42,583 nucleotides of DNA, from the NCBI GenBank assembly GCA_038203565.1, contig JBBRDV010000006.1, positions 1 to 42,583 of the forward strand, written 5' to 3'. The notes beneath the pieces are model-generated. The model did not search any database. It was not told the DNA's origin and was given only the letters and a program-made list of their open reading frames with translations. The position numbers and the translations under genes are program-made. This document shows positions 1 to 9,271 of this stretch, piece after piece. The DNA is from Atribacterota bacterium. Lineage in GTDB: Bacteria > Atribacterota > Phoenicimicrobiia > Phoenicimicrobiales > Phoenicimicrobiaceae. Position 1 is the stretch's first letter. Every line of letters begins with the position of its first letter.

Positions 1-377
1 TACCCACTGACTCTTGTCCAGAAATATTAACAGTAACTTTTGTAAAAGGTTCAGAACCTACATCCTATTGTACGATTCATCAAAAATATTTTGAAACACC
101 AAAAACAGAAGAATATCCGGAAATTAAGAATCCCTATTATGAAGGAATTGAAATACCAAAAACAGAAGAATATCCGGAAATTCAAAAACCTTATTATGAA
201 GGAATTGAAATGCCAAAAACAGAAGAATATCCGGAAATTCAAAAACCTTATGATGAAGAAATTGAAACATTAAAGAAAAAATATGAAGAAGAACCCACAG
301 AAACTGAAGAAAAGGAAGAAACTTTTCAATCTTTAATAGAAAGGCTTAGAAAAAAATATATAGAACAAGATAAATGA
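1..377 (+). CDS. 3' end of a probable class A penicillin-binding protein (PBP1A-like), 5'-truncated by the window edge
   Basis: Frame 3 is open from the window edge to TGA at 375-377 and reads PTDSCPEILTVTFVKGSEPTSYCTIH, resembling the C..F.KG.EP...C..H tail of PBP1A proteins, then an acidic repeat tail. Missing from the ORF track because no start is in the window. Confidence 0.65.
   Translation, partial: PTDSCPEILTVTFVKGSEPTSYCTIHQKYFETPKTEEYPEIKNPYYEGIEIPKTEEYPEIQKPYYEGIEMPKTEEYPEIQKPYDEEIETLKKKYEEEPTETEEKEETFQSLIERLRKKYIEQDK
93..263 (+). repeat. 3 x 57-bp in-frame tandem repeat (19 aa: E[T/I/M]PKTEEYPEI[K/Q][N/K]PY[Y/D]E[G/E]I)
   Basis: Units start at 93, 150 and 207, exactly 57 bp apart, with few substitutions. 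Confidence 0.95.
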
Positions 378-544
378 TTACTTTTGTATTCAATAGTCAG
401 GAGCCAGTAGCCTAATACGTATCTCATATCTCGTGAATCGTATCTCGCGCGATAGAGTATAGCGATTGGATTTAGTTAGATGGTTAGTTGGTTATCTGGT
501 TTGCTGATTGGGGGAATTCGTTTCTATCTATTTTCTGCCCTTAT

Positions 545-2935
545 TTATTTCTCCAGATAGGCAACTGTAACTCCCATCCCTCCTTCTTTTGTATCTCCAG
601 TCCTAAATGATTTGATATAAGGAATCTTATCTAACATTTTTTTTACTTCATCTCTCAAGATACCTTTGCCTTTTCCATGAATTATGTACACCGGTGAAAC
701 TCCCAATAGATAAGCGTCATCTAAATATTTTTCTAACACAGGCAGTGCTTCTTCAATAGTTAATTGTCGAATAGAAATCTCATTTCTAAAAGTTTTTATT
801 TTAGACAAAGAAAAGCTATCCCTTCCGCTTAAACCTCTATTAAAACCATTTCCAATATGTCTATATTTTTCCGGTGCCTTATCAAGTTTATCTACTTCTT
901 CTATATCGAAGATCGAGACCAGCATTTTCACATTATCAATTTGAATCTTGCATTTTTCACTTTTGGCAGAAATAGAAAGTATTATCCCTTTCTTATTCAA
1001 ACTCTTAACTAATACATAATCTCCTATTTCAATATTTTGTTTTTTAATTAACCCTTTCTCCGGCTTTATCTTTACTATCTCATCTTGTATTTCTTTACTA
1101 ATTGCTTGCATTTGTTCTAACAAAGGACCTTTGGATTCTTCAATTAAAACCTTTTTTTTATTCAATCTCTCTATCATTTTTTCAGCCTTATTCTGGGTTT
1201 CCTTTAATATCTTTTCTGCTTCCAGATAAGTTTTTAGAATTATTTCCTTTTTATTCTCCTCAATTTTGTTTAATTCTTTTTCTAATTTATCTCTCATTTC
1301 GATACTCTCTTCTTTAACTACTTCTATCAGATTTTTTTCCTTCTCAATTAGTTTTCTGTCTTCTTCAATCTTTTCCATCAAATTATCTGCTTTAATTTTT
1401 TCCTGGGATAAAAAGCTCTGAGCCTGAGTAACAACTTCCGGAGCTAAACCTAATTTTTGGGCAATTATAAAAGCACAACTCTTGCCGGGTAATCCGACAG
1501 AAATCTCAAATGTCGGTTTTAAGGTTTCTTCATCAAATTCAACACGGGCATTACATACTCCTTTGGTTAAATATGCATAGGTCTTTAAAGAATCATGATG
1601 AGTGGTTGCTATTACCCTGCATCTCTCTTTACTTAAGAAATCTAAAACTGCCATACCTAAAGCTGCTCCCTCTGTAGGATCTGTGCCTGCACCTAATTCA
1701 TCAAGTAATACAAGAGATTCAGAATCAGCTTCCCTTAAAATTTGAACTATATTCTTCATATGAGAAGAAAAGGTGCTTAAATTTTGTTCTATACTCTGTT
1801 CGTCTCCTATATCGCAGAATATCTTTTTGAAAATAGAAACCTCGCTCCCCTCCGCAGCGGGAATGTGTAATCCACATTGAGCCATAAGAGTAAGAATACC
1901 CATGGTTTTCAAAGTAACTGTCTTACCTCCTGTATTGGGACCAGTAATGACTAAAATATTAAAAGTTTTTCCCAAATTTATATTAATGGGAACGACAGGA
2001 CCTTGTAATAAGGGATGTCTTGCTTGGATAAGAATAATCAAACCATCTTGGTTTAATATTGGTTCTACTGCCTTCATTTTATCGGCCAGTACTGCTCTGG
2101 CATAAATAAAATCAATTTCACCCAGACTCAAAACACTATCATTGATCTCTTGTGCTCTTTCTCCAATAAGGGAAGTTATTCTTTGTAGAATTTTTAATAT
2201 CTCTTGTTCTTCATCCTTGATTAATTGACGGAGTAAATTATTTAACTCTACCACTACAAAAGGCTCAATAAATAAAGTAGCTCCGCTATCAGATTTATCG
2301 TGAACTATTCCGGGAAATTTTGCTTTTTTTTCTTGCTTTACAGGTATAACGTACCTATTTTGTCTTACAGTTATTAAAGGTTCTTGAATAATAGCGGCAA
2401 AACGGGAAGATCTGATAATGGTTTCCAATTTATTTTTCAGGGTTTGTTCTTTTCTTATTATATCTCTTCTGATCTTTCTTAACTCTGGGCTCGCTTGGTC
2501 CAAAACTACTCCATCTTCATCGATACATTGAATTATTTCTTTCTCTAATTCGGAAAAAGTTCGTATTTTTTCTGCTCTCTCTCTAATCAAAGGATATTTT
2601 TCTTTGGTTTTCAATAGAAAGTTTTTAATCAAGCGAGAAGTTTTTAAAACTTTTAATATTTTTACAACCTTTTTTGCATCAAGGATGGATCCCATCATTG
2701 CAGATCTTTTTAATTCACTACCAATGTCTTCTAATCTGGAAAAAGGAGGGGTTCCGTCGTAAGAAATAATTTCTCGCATTTCAGTAGTTTCTCTTTGAGT
2801 ATTAATAATTTGCTGCAAATCAATTTTGGGAGTGATATTTTCTACGATTAATTCACCAGTAGCAGTGGATATTTTTTCCTTTAATTGATTTTTAATTTTT
2901 GAAAATTCTAAAACCGATAATGTATGTTCGTCCAA
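545..2935 (-). CDS. mutS2: Endonuclease MutS2
   Basis: Walker A GPNTGGKT, LSTFSSHM, DELGAGTDP, C-terminal Smr IIHGKGKG. Probable TTG start at 2935 after AGGTGA. Confidence 0.97.
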   Translation of the reverse strand: MDEHTLSVLEFSKIKNQLKEKISTATGELIVENITPKIDLQQIINTQRETTEMREIISYDGTPPFSRLEDIGSELKRSAMMGSILDAKKVVKILKVLKTSRLIKNFLLKTKEKYPLIRERAEKIRTFSELEKEIIQCIDEDGVVLDQASPELRKIRRDIIRKEQTLKNKLETIIRSSRFAAIIQEPLITVRQNRYVIPVKQEKKAKFPGIVHDKSDSGATLFIEPFVVVELNNLLRQLIKDEEQEILKILQRITSLIGERAQEINDSVLSLGEIDFIYARAVLADKMKAVEPILNQDGLIILIQARHPLLQGPVVPININLGKTFNILVITGPNTGGKTVTLKTMGILTLMAQCGLHIPAAEGSEVSIFKKIFCDIGDEQSIEQNLSTFSSHMKNIVQILREADSESLVLLDELGAGTDPTEGAALGMAVLDFLSKERCRVIATTHHDSLKTYAYLTKGVCNARVEFDEETLKPTFEISVGLPGKSCAFIIAQKLGLAPEVVTQAQSFLSQEKIKADNLMEKIEEDRKLIEKEKNLIEVVKEESIEMRDKLEKELNKIEENKKEIILKTYLEAEKILKETQNKAEKMIERLNKKKVLIEESKGPLLEQMQAISKEIQDEIVKIKPEKGLIKKQNIEIGDYVLVKSLNKKGIILSISAKSEKCKIQIDNVKMLVSIFDIEEVDKLDKAPEKYRHIGNGFNRGLSGRDSFSLSKIKTFRNEISIRQLTIEEALPVLEKYLDDAYLLGVSPVYIIHGKGKGILRDEVKKMLDKIPYIKSFRTGDTKEGGMGVTVAYLEK

Positions 2936-2951
2936 GATATATCTCACCTTT

Positions 2952-3533
2952 TTAAATACTAAAAAAATATTTCGCAGTATCTTTTATAACAATTAAATTA
3001 AGATGGAATTTTTTAAGAAATTCTTCTGTATTAAACTGAATGCTTAAAGGCAGCCAATCCTTTAAATAATCGTAGACGATGGTGGTCATAACCGCAAATC
3101 TATTGGCTAAAAACGAGCTTTCTAATTGTTCTTTCAAAAAAACTGGTAAAGGAATAAAGGTAATAATAACCAATAAAATTCCTACTATTAAAAAACCTTT
3201 GGCTAAACCAAACAAAGCTCCTCCTAAACCATCGATCCAGGAAACAAACAATAAGGAAAATATTTTTTTTAAAAACATTTCAGTAATTCTCGCGATTAAA
3301 TATATTCCTAAAAATATTAGAGCAAAGCCTAATATGTTTGCTATTTCCCGGCTTATTTGGCTATGTGCACTTATATACTCTCCAACTTCTTTAAACCAAA
3401 AAATTGCCAGAAAAATAGCAGTAATAACTCCTATTAAATTTATTATTCCTCTGATAATACCGCGACGTATCCCAATAAGCATATTTAATAAGATTATTAT
3501 CATTATTGATACATCTATCCAATTTATCGGCAT
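2952..3533 (-). CDS. cvpA: CvpA family membrane protein
   Basis: NWID..GIRRG N-terminus, DGLGGALFG, ESSFLA; usual position between pheT and mutS2. Confidence 0.9.
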   Translation of the reverse strand: MPINWIDVSIMIIILLNMLIGIRRGIIRGIINLIGVITAIFLAIFWFKEVGEYISAHSQISREIANILGFALIFLGIYLIARITEMFLKKIFSLLFVSWIDGLGGALFGLAKGFLIVGILLVIITFIPLPVFLKEQLESSFLANRFAVMTTIVYDYLKDWLPLSIQFNTEEFLKKFHLNLIVIKDTAKYFFSI

Positions 3534-3575
3534 ATAATATTCCCCTGCTTACTCTCCACAAACTAAAAACTTCTC

Positions 3576-6005
3576 TCACTCTCTGATTTTGGCATTAAAT
3601 TTTACCATTATTTTTTCTCTTATATTCGCATATACGTCTTCAACTTCTTGATCAGTTAAAGTACGGTCTTCGGCTTGAAAAACCACAGAGTAAGCTAAAC
3701 TCTTATAACTATCACCAATTTGCTTTCCTTTAAATATATCAAACAAAGTTACTTTTTTAATCAACTTTTCATCAATAGATTTTATCGTTTTAATAATATC
3801 AGCAGAAAGTATTTCTTCTTTTATAATCATGGCCAAATCTCTCTGAACTGAAGGATATTTTGGTAAAACACAATATTTGATATCTGAGGGAAGGTTAGGT
3901 AACAAATTTTCAAAATCAATCTCAAACCAATTCACTTTCCCCGGGATACGATAATTGTTTATTACTTCCGGATGTATCTCGCCAAAAATACCTACTTCTT
4001 CTCCTCCCATAATAATCTTACCATTCCGTAGAGGATGAAAAGCAGGATGATTTCCGGGGACTACTTCCCAATTTTCCATTTTTAGGCCCTGAAAAACTGT
4101 CTCGATTATACCTTTAATATCAAAAATATCTAAAGAAAGTGATTTTTCCCAAATATCTCCCCGACCGATCTTATTTATTGCTCCGGCTATTATTAATTTC
4201 TCTTGAGGCAAGGAATTTGGTTTATCAGGGCAAGGTAAGTATATTTTACCTACTTCAAATATTTTAACCAACTCTGCTTGCCGATTAGTATTCCATTTAA
4301 TAACTTCTAACAAACTTGAAATTAAAGAGGTCCGCATTAAAGAAAGGTCTCTGGTCATAGGGTTTTTAATTTTTATGGCATTCCTTAATGTATGCCCTTC
4401 GGGTATTCTTATTCTATCAAATATGTCAGGAGAAATAAAACTATAAGTTATCACTTCATTTAAACCACAACCGATTAATGTTTCCCTTGCCTGATCGATT
4501 ACCCTAAATCGGAAATTTTTTCCCTCTTGGGCAATGGTATTGTTAAAGAGAGTAGGTTTTATCTTATCGTAACCATAAATACGAGCAATTTCTTCAATTA
4601 TATCTATTTCTCTTTCCACATCTCCTCTAAAAGAAGGAGGAATTACTTCGATATATTCTCCCTTATCTTCTACTACTTTAAATTCTAATTTATCTAAAAT
4701 ATTAATAATTTTATTCTTTGTTTTAGATTCATCTTTATCTAGAAGCTGTCCCAATATTCTATTTACTCTTTTTATCCTTAAATTTATCTTGCAAGGTTGA
4801 TATAATTTTTCATTTGTGTCGATTTTCCCCGAGCTTATTTTCCCCATAGTAATCTTATTTATCAAATCAGCAGCCCGATCCAGGGCGTATATTTGCACTT
4901 CTTTATCTATCCCCTTTTCAAACCTGTTTGAAGCCTCAGTTCTTAAGCCAAATTTCGCAGTACTTCTTCGATTATTTACTGAATTAAAATAGGCTGATTC
5001 TAAAAATACATTTTTAGTATTTTGATCAATTTCAGAATGCTTTCCTCCCATTATTCCGGCAAGGGCTATAGGTTCTTCTGTATCAGCGATAACCAAACTC
5101 TTGGAGGGCAACTGTCTTTCAACATCATCTAAAGTACAGATAGTTTCCCCCGTTCTGCTTCTTCGAACTATAATAGTCTTCCCTTTAATCAAATCAAGAT
5201 TAAAAGCATGAAGCGGCTGTCCTGTCTCCATCATTACAAAATTAGTAATGTCTACTATATTATTTATTGGTCTCGCCCCTAATAATCTTAACTTCCATTT
5301 TAACCATAAAGGCGATTCTTTCACTGTAATATTTTTTATTACTCTTCCGGTATAACGAGGACATAAATCTTCTGCTTCAATTTTCACAGTAATATCTTTT
5401 TCAATTCTTTCATCTTCTTCTTTTATCTTTATTTCGGGAGTTTTAAGCTTATTATCGGTAATTGCTGCTACTTCTCTGGCTATTCCTATTATGCTCATTA
5501 AATCAGGACGATTAGAATGTATTTCAAAATCAAATATAGTGTCGTCAAATTTTATTATTTTCCTTATATCTGCCCCCAAAATAGCATCTTCTTCTAAAAT
5601 TAATATTCCGGGTGATTCCCCCGGTTCAATACCCAGTTCAGAAGCTGAGCAGAGCATCCCTGAAGATAAAACATTTTTAAATTTCTTACTTTTGATAATT
5701 CCTATCTGGGGTAATTTTGCTCCTTCTAAAGCAATTACCACTTTATCAGAAACCCCCATATTTTTTGCCCCGCAAATTATTTGAAGTATTTTCTCTTTTA
5801 TGTCTACCTGACAAACAGATAATTTTTTATTTTCAGGATATTGATCTATAGCAGTTATCCTGCCCACTACTACTTTTTCTATCTCAGTAGATATGTTTTC
5901 CATCCTCTCTAAAATTATGCCATTTATAGTCAATCTTTTAGCAAGTTCTTCAGCCGATATATCTATATCAATATATTCTTTTAATAAATTATAAGAAACC
6001 TGCAT
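3576..6005 (-). CDS. pheT: Phenylalanine--tRNA ligase beta subunit
   Basis: 809 aa; ICGAKN, SGMLCSASELG, NRPD, GQPLHAF, C-terminal RDLA/RTLTD. Confidence 0.98.
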   Translation of the reverse strand: MQVSYNLLKEYIDIDISAEELAKRLTINGIILERMENISTEIEKVVVGRITAIDQYPENKKLSVCQVDIKEKILQIICGAKNMGVSDKVVIALEGAKLPQIGIIKSKKFKNVLSSGMLCSASELGIEPGESPGILILEEDAILGADIRKIIKFDDTIFDFEIHSNRPDLMSIIGIAREVAAITDNKLKTPEIKIKEEDERIEKDITVKIEAEDLCPRYTGRVIKNITVKESPLWLKWKLRLLGARPINNIVDITNFVMMETGQPLHAFNLDLIKGKTIIVRRSRTGETICTLDDVERQLPSKSLVIADTEEPIALAGIMGGKHSEIDQNTKNVFLESAYFNSVNNRRSTAKFGLRTEASNRFEKGIDKEVQIYALDRAADLINKITMGKISSGKIDTNEKLYQPCKINLRIKRVNRILGQLLDKDESKTKNKIINILDKLEFKVVEDKGEYIEVIPPSFRGDVEREIDIIEEIARIYGYDKIKPTLFNNTIAQEGKNFRFRVIDQARETLIGCGLNEVITYSFISPDIFDRIRIPEGHTLRNAIKIKNPMTRDLSLMRTSLISSLLEVIKWNTNRQAELVKIFEVGKIYLPCPDKPNSLPQEKLIIAGAINKIGRGDIWEKSLSLDIFDIKGIIETVFQGLKMENWEVVPGNHPAFHPLRNGKIIMGGEEVGIFGEIHPEVINNYRIPGKVNWFEIDFENLLPNLPSDIKYCVLPKYPSVQRDLAMIIKEEILSADIIKTIKSIDEKLIKKVTLFDIFKGKQIGDSYKSLAYSVVFQAEDRTLTDQEVEDVYANIREKIMVKFNAKIRE

Positions 6006-6024
6006 TTTTCTCTTCCTCCCTGTC

Positions 6025-6106
6025 TCGTATATCGTATATCGTATATCGTATATCGTATATCGTATATCGTATATCGTATATCGTATATCGTATATCGTAT
6101 ATCGTA
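6025..6106. repeat. Perfect heptamer microsatellite (TCGTATA)x11 plus TCGTA
   Basis: Counted directly; lies immediately upstream of the pheT ribosome-binding site (6014-6020). Confidence 0.98.
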
Positions 6107-6151
6107 AAGATTATAAGAGCGTAAAGTATTGAGCGTCTACAACACTAAAAC

Positions 6152-6204
6152 TAAAAATTCAAAGCGAAAAGCGAAAATCCATAGTTCAAAATTCAAAACT
6201 TTTT
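6152..6204. repeat. 53-bp dispersed intergenic repeat, copy 1
   Basis: 48/53 identical to 24138-24190 by manual alignment. Confidence 0.9.
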
Positions 6205-6300
6205 TCGTATTGCTTTTTTTCTTTCTTCTGGCTACTGGATTCTGACTCCTTACTTCAATTTTCTTCACGATATACTATATGCGAAATACCATATACTAAT

Positions 6301-7320
6301 TTAGAATTGTTTTAAAAATCTTAAATCATTTTCAAAAAATAACCGGATATCATTTATGCCATATTTCAGCATAGCAATTCTTTCTGCACCCATTCCAAAG
6401 GCAAAGCCTGAATATTCTTCCGGATCATAACCAACCATCTCTAAAACTCTTGGATGTACTGCTCCTGCTCCCATAATCTCTAACCAGCCAACATAACCAC
6501 AAGATTTACATCCTTTACCTCCACATAATAAACAAGATACATCCACTTCAGCCCCAGGTTCAACGAATGGAAAATATCCCGGCCTAAATCTTACTTTCCT
6601 ATCCTTACCAAACATTCTATGTACAAAAACCGTTAATATTCCTTTTAAATCACCAAAGGTGATGTCTTTATCCACTGCCAACCCCTCTATCTGGTGAAAC
6701 ATGGGGGAATGAGTACTATCAGTGGCATCGCGTCTATAACATTTTCCTGCAGCAATAATTCTAACCGGTGGTTTCTGATTTTCCATGGTACGGATTTGTA
6801 CAGGAGAAGTCTGGGGACGGAGGAGAATATCTTTGGTAATGTAAAAAGAATCCTGATCATCTCTGGCAGGATGGTCTTTAGGAATATTAAGTGCCTCAAA
6901 GTTATAATAATCTAACTCTACTTCCGGACCCTCTTCTATCTTAAATCCTAAACTCAAAAAAATTTCCTCAATCTCTTTTAGTACTAAATTAATGGGATGA
7001 GCAGTTCCTCTATCTATTTTTCTCCCCGGAATAGTAATATCAATACCTTCTCCCTGTAATCTTTTTTCTTTCTCCAGTTTTTCTATTTCTACTTCTTTTG
7101 TCTTGAGTAAATCTTCAATCTCTCTTTTTGTTAGGTTTAATAACTGCCCAGCTTTTGGCCTTTCCTCGGGAGAAAGCATTCCTAATTTTCTCAATAGAAG
7201 AGTTACCACCCCTTTTCTGCCTAAGTATTCTACTCTTAATTTTTCAATATCTTTTAAATCCTTAACCCTATTTAATTCAGAAACAATTTCCTTTTTGATC
7301 TCTTTTATTTTATTTTCCAA
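6301..7320 (-). CDS. pheS: Phenylalanine--tRNA ligase alpha subunit
   Basis: HPAR, QTSPVQ, THSPMFHQIEG, GFAFGMGAER. Confidence 0.98.
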   Translation of the reverse strand: MENKIKEIKKEIVSELNRVKDLKDIEKLRVEYLGRKGVVTLLLRKLGMLSPEERPKAGQLLNLTKREIEDLLKTKEVEIEKLEKEKRLQGEGIDITIPGRKIDRGTAHPINLVLKEIEEIFLSLGFKIEEGPEVELDYYNFEALNIPKDHPARDDQDSFYITKDILLRPQTSPVQIRTMENQKPPVRIIAAGKCYRRDATDSTHSPMFHQIEGLAVDKDITFGDLKGILTVFVHRMFGKDRKVRFRPGYFPFVEPGAEVDVSCLLCGGKGCKSCGYVGWLEIMGAGAVHPRVLEMVGYDPEEYSGFAFGMGAERIAMLKYGINDIRLFFENDLRFLKQF

Positions 7321-7354
7321 TAGTATCCCTCCCCATCATTAATATCCCTTGATA

Positions 7355-7592
7355 AAATAAAAAAAGGTTTATAATTTTCTTCGCCTTGTAAAGGGACGAA
7401 AATTATTAACCTTTTCCGCGGTACCACCCTTTTTAACCTGCTTTTTATTAAGCAAATCCGTACTTTCCTCCTTATAACAGTGGAGTGCTGGCAAAACTTA
7501 CTTTTTAAAATTTCAGCCTGCAGTTCTAAAGTGAATTTCGGTTATTGCTTATCCCGGTTAAATATTAAGTTATTTATAACCTACTTATCTTT
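7355..7592 (-). ncRNA. T-box riboswitch (Phe specifier UUC) upstream of pheS
   Basis: T-box AAGGGTGGTACCGCG (7417-7431), antiterminator partner TCGTCCCTTT, U-rich terminator. Stem I has AGTA/GAA loop-E and TTC at 7533-7535. Stem II, IIA/B (CTGTTA) and III are recognisable. Confidence 0.92.
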
Positions 7593-7645
7593 ATTATAAC
7601 TTTTAACAAAATATTGTACAGATATTAATATGCATAAAAATAAAC

Positions 7646-8002
7646 TTAATTTACGCTTTCTTTAGCTACTTTCACCACGCTAACAAATGCTTCATGATTT
7701 CTTACTGCTAATTCAGCTAACATTTTCCGGTTGATTTCTACTCCTGCAACCTTTAAACCTCTTATAAATTTATTATAAGATATTCCTTCGTTTCTGGCAG
7801 CAATACCAATTCTGGTTATCCACAAACCTCTAAAATCTCTTTTTCTCGCTCTTCTATCTCTATAGGCATAAGAAAGCGCCTTCATCATAGATTCATGAGC
7901 AGTACGATAAAGTTTGCTTTTTGCTCCCCAATATCCTTTTGTTAATTTTAATACTTTATTTCTTCTTCTTCTTGAGGCAACACTATTTGTCGCTCTTGGC
8001 AT
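7646..8002 (-). CDS. rplT: 50S ribosomal protein L20
   Basis: MPRA..., AYRDRRARKRDFR.LWITRI; ATG at 8002 follows AAGGAG. Confidence 0.98.
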   Translation of the reverse strand: MPRATNSVASRRRRNKVLKLTKGYWGAKSKLYRTAHESMMKALSYAYRDRRARKRDFRGLWITRIGIAARNEGISYNKFIRGLKVAGVEINRKMLAELAVRNHEAFVSVVKVAKESVN

Positions 8003-8049
8003 GCCATTCACTCCTTATCTTTTTATATCCGAATTATTTTTCTATATGT

Positions 8050-8100
8050 TTTTCCCACACCCACTTTCATGAGTGTAAACTGCAGCGGGATTCTATTCTT
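8050..8100 (-). promoter_or_regulatory. Possible L20 autoregulatory leader between rpmI and rplT
   Basis: AGAAU-CCCGCU...AGUGGGUG helix resembles the core of the Firmicutes L20 leader, as recalled from memory. Confidence 0.35.
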
Positions 8101-8121
8101 CTTTTATCTTCTGGTTCCTTT

Positions 8122-8145
8122 GGATGCGATGCATCGTGCTCCTAC
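8122..8145. repeat. GTAG-type REP-like element (partial)
   Basis: CGATGCATCGTGCTCCTAC (8127-8145) is identical to 12031-12049. Confidence 0.8.
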
Positions 8146-8205
8146 TTATGAATTCCGTATTAAGTGTAAAATGGGAAAAACGATGTTTTAATATTTTAGA
8201 AAATA

Positions 8206-8403
8206 TTAAGAATAAGGTAACAATACTTTAACTTTTTTTATATCAGCACTACTAACCGTAGTAACCTTCCTTAGATTTCTCTTGCGTTTTGCAGTCTTTT
8301 TAGTCATAATATGACTTTTATAAGCCTTTGACCTCATTATTATACCTGAACTGTGTACTTTAAATCTTTTTGCTGAACTCTTATGTGTCTTCATTTTGGG
8401 CAT
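8206..8403 (-). CDS. rpmI: 50S ribosomal protein L35
   Basis: [15 protein letters not shown]; position between infC and rplT. Confidence 0.98.
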   Translation of the reverse strand: MPKMKTHKSSAKRFKVHSSGIIMRSKAYKSHIMTKKTAKRKRNLRKVTTVSSADIKKVKVLLPYS

Positions 8404-8433
8404 ATATCTTTCTTCCCCCTTAGCAATATTTAA

Positions 8434-8946
8434 TTATTTTGGTATTAAAACTAAAGTCATATTTCGCCCTTCTAATTTTGGTTCCTTTAAAACTTTAGCT
8501 ATTTCGTTAGTGTCTTCAATTATACGTTCTAATAATTTTCTTCCTAAATCTACATAATTCATCTCTCGCCCTTTAAACATTATAGTAATTTTTACTTGAT
8601 TACCTTCTTCTAAAAATTTGCATAAATTTTTTACCTTAAAATTGTAATCATGTTCTCCAATATTAGGGCGCATCTTTATTTCTTTCATTCCGCCGCTTTT
8701 CTGTTTCTTCTTCCCGGTCTTATTTTTTTTGTCCAGTAAGTACTTATATTTTCCGTAATCAATAATCTTACAAACCGGAGGTTTAGCTTCTGGTGAAATT
8801 TCAACTAAGTCAAGATTACTCTTTTCGGCAAGTTCAAGACCCTCCTTTTTACTTACTACCCCTACCTGTTTACCTTCAAAATCTATAAGCCTAATCTTCT
8901 CTGCTCTAATTTCTTCATTTATTCTTAACTTTGGTGTTGACTTAAT
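8434..8946 (-). CDS. infC: Translation initiation factor IF-3 (ATT start)
   Basis: The frame continues upstream of the listed ORF through RINEEIRA...PPVCKIIDYGKY. In-frame ATT at 8944-8946 lies 9 nt after GGAGG. Confidence 0.95.
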   Translation of the reverse strand: MKSTPKLRINEEIRAEKIRLIDFEGKQVGVVSKKEGLELAEKSNLDLVEISPEAKPPVCKIIDYGKYKYLLDKKNKTGKKKQKSGGMKEIKMRPNIGEHDYNFKVKNLCKFLEEGNQVKITIMFKGREMNYVDLGRKLLERIIEDTNEIAKVLKEPKLEGRNMTLVLIPK

Positions 8947-9118
8947 TCTTATTTTCCTCCTTTACACCGCTTAAAGATGAGCAATATGTCAATTTCTATA
9001 CATTTTAAATTAGTTTTTAGCTCAACTTTAAAATATCATTTTACTAATTTTAATAGATAAAAAAAATTAACTATTAAATTTCCCTAAAATATATACAAAC
9101 CTTCATTATTTTTAAAAG

Positions 9119-9147
9119 ACTATAACATATTCTTTATTTATAGTCAA
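9119..9147 (-). promoter_or_regulatory. Sigma70/SigA-type promoter for infC-rpmI-rplT
   Basis: TTGACT-17 bp-TATAGT with extended -10 TG. Confidence 0.6.
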
Positions 9148-9271
9148 TATATTAACATATATTAATTATTATCGAGTATACAGTATCGCGTAAAGAAAGA
9201 AAAAGAAAGGTACCGAACTTCCTATCTAACTAATTATATTCACTTATTCGAATTATATTTACTAACTAATC

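Noticed and set aside
51..273. ORFs 51..242(-) and 91..273(+) with repeated peptides; possible CRISPR-like repeat
   Set aside because: Alternative-frame shadows of the 57-bp coding repeat in frame 3. Units are contiguous with no unique spacers, so not CRISPR.
6025..6106. Possible CRISPR array or iteron set
   Set aside because: Pure 7-bp tandem with no spacers; no cas or rep genes nearby.
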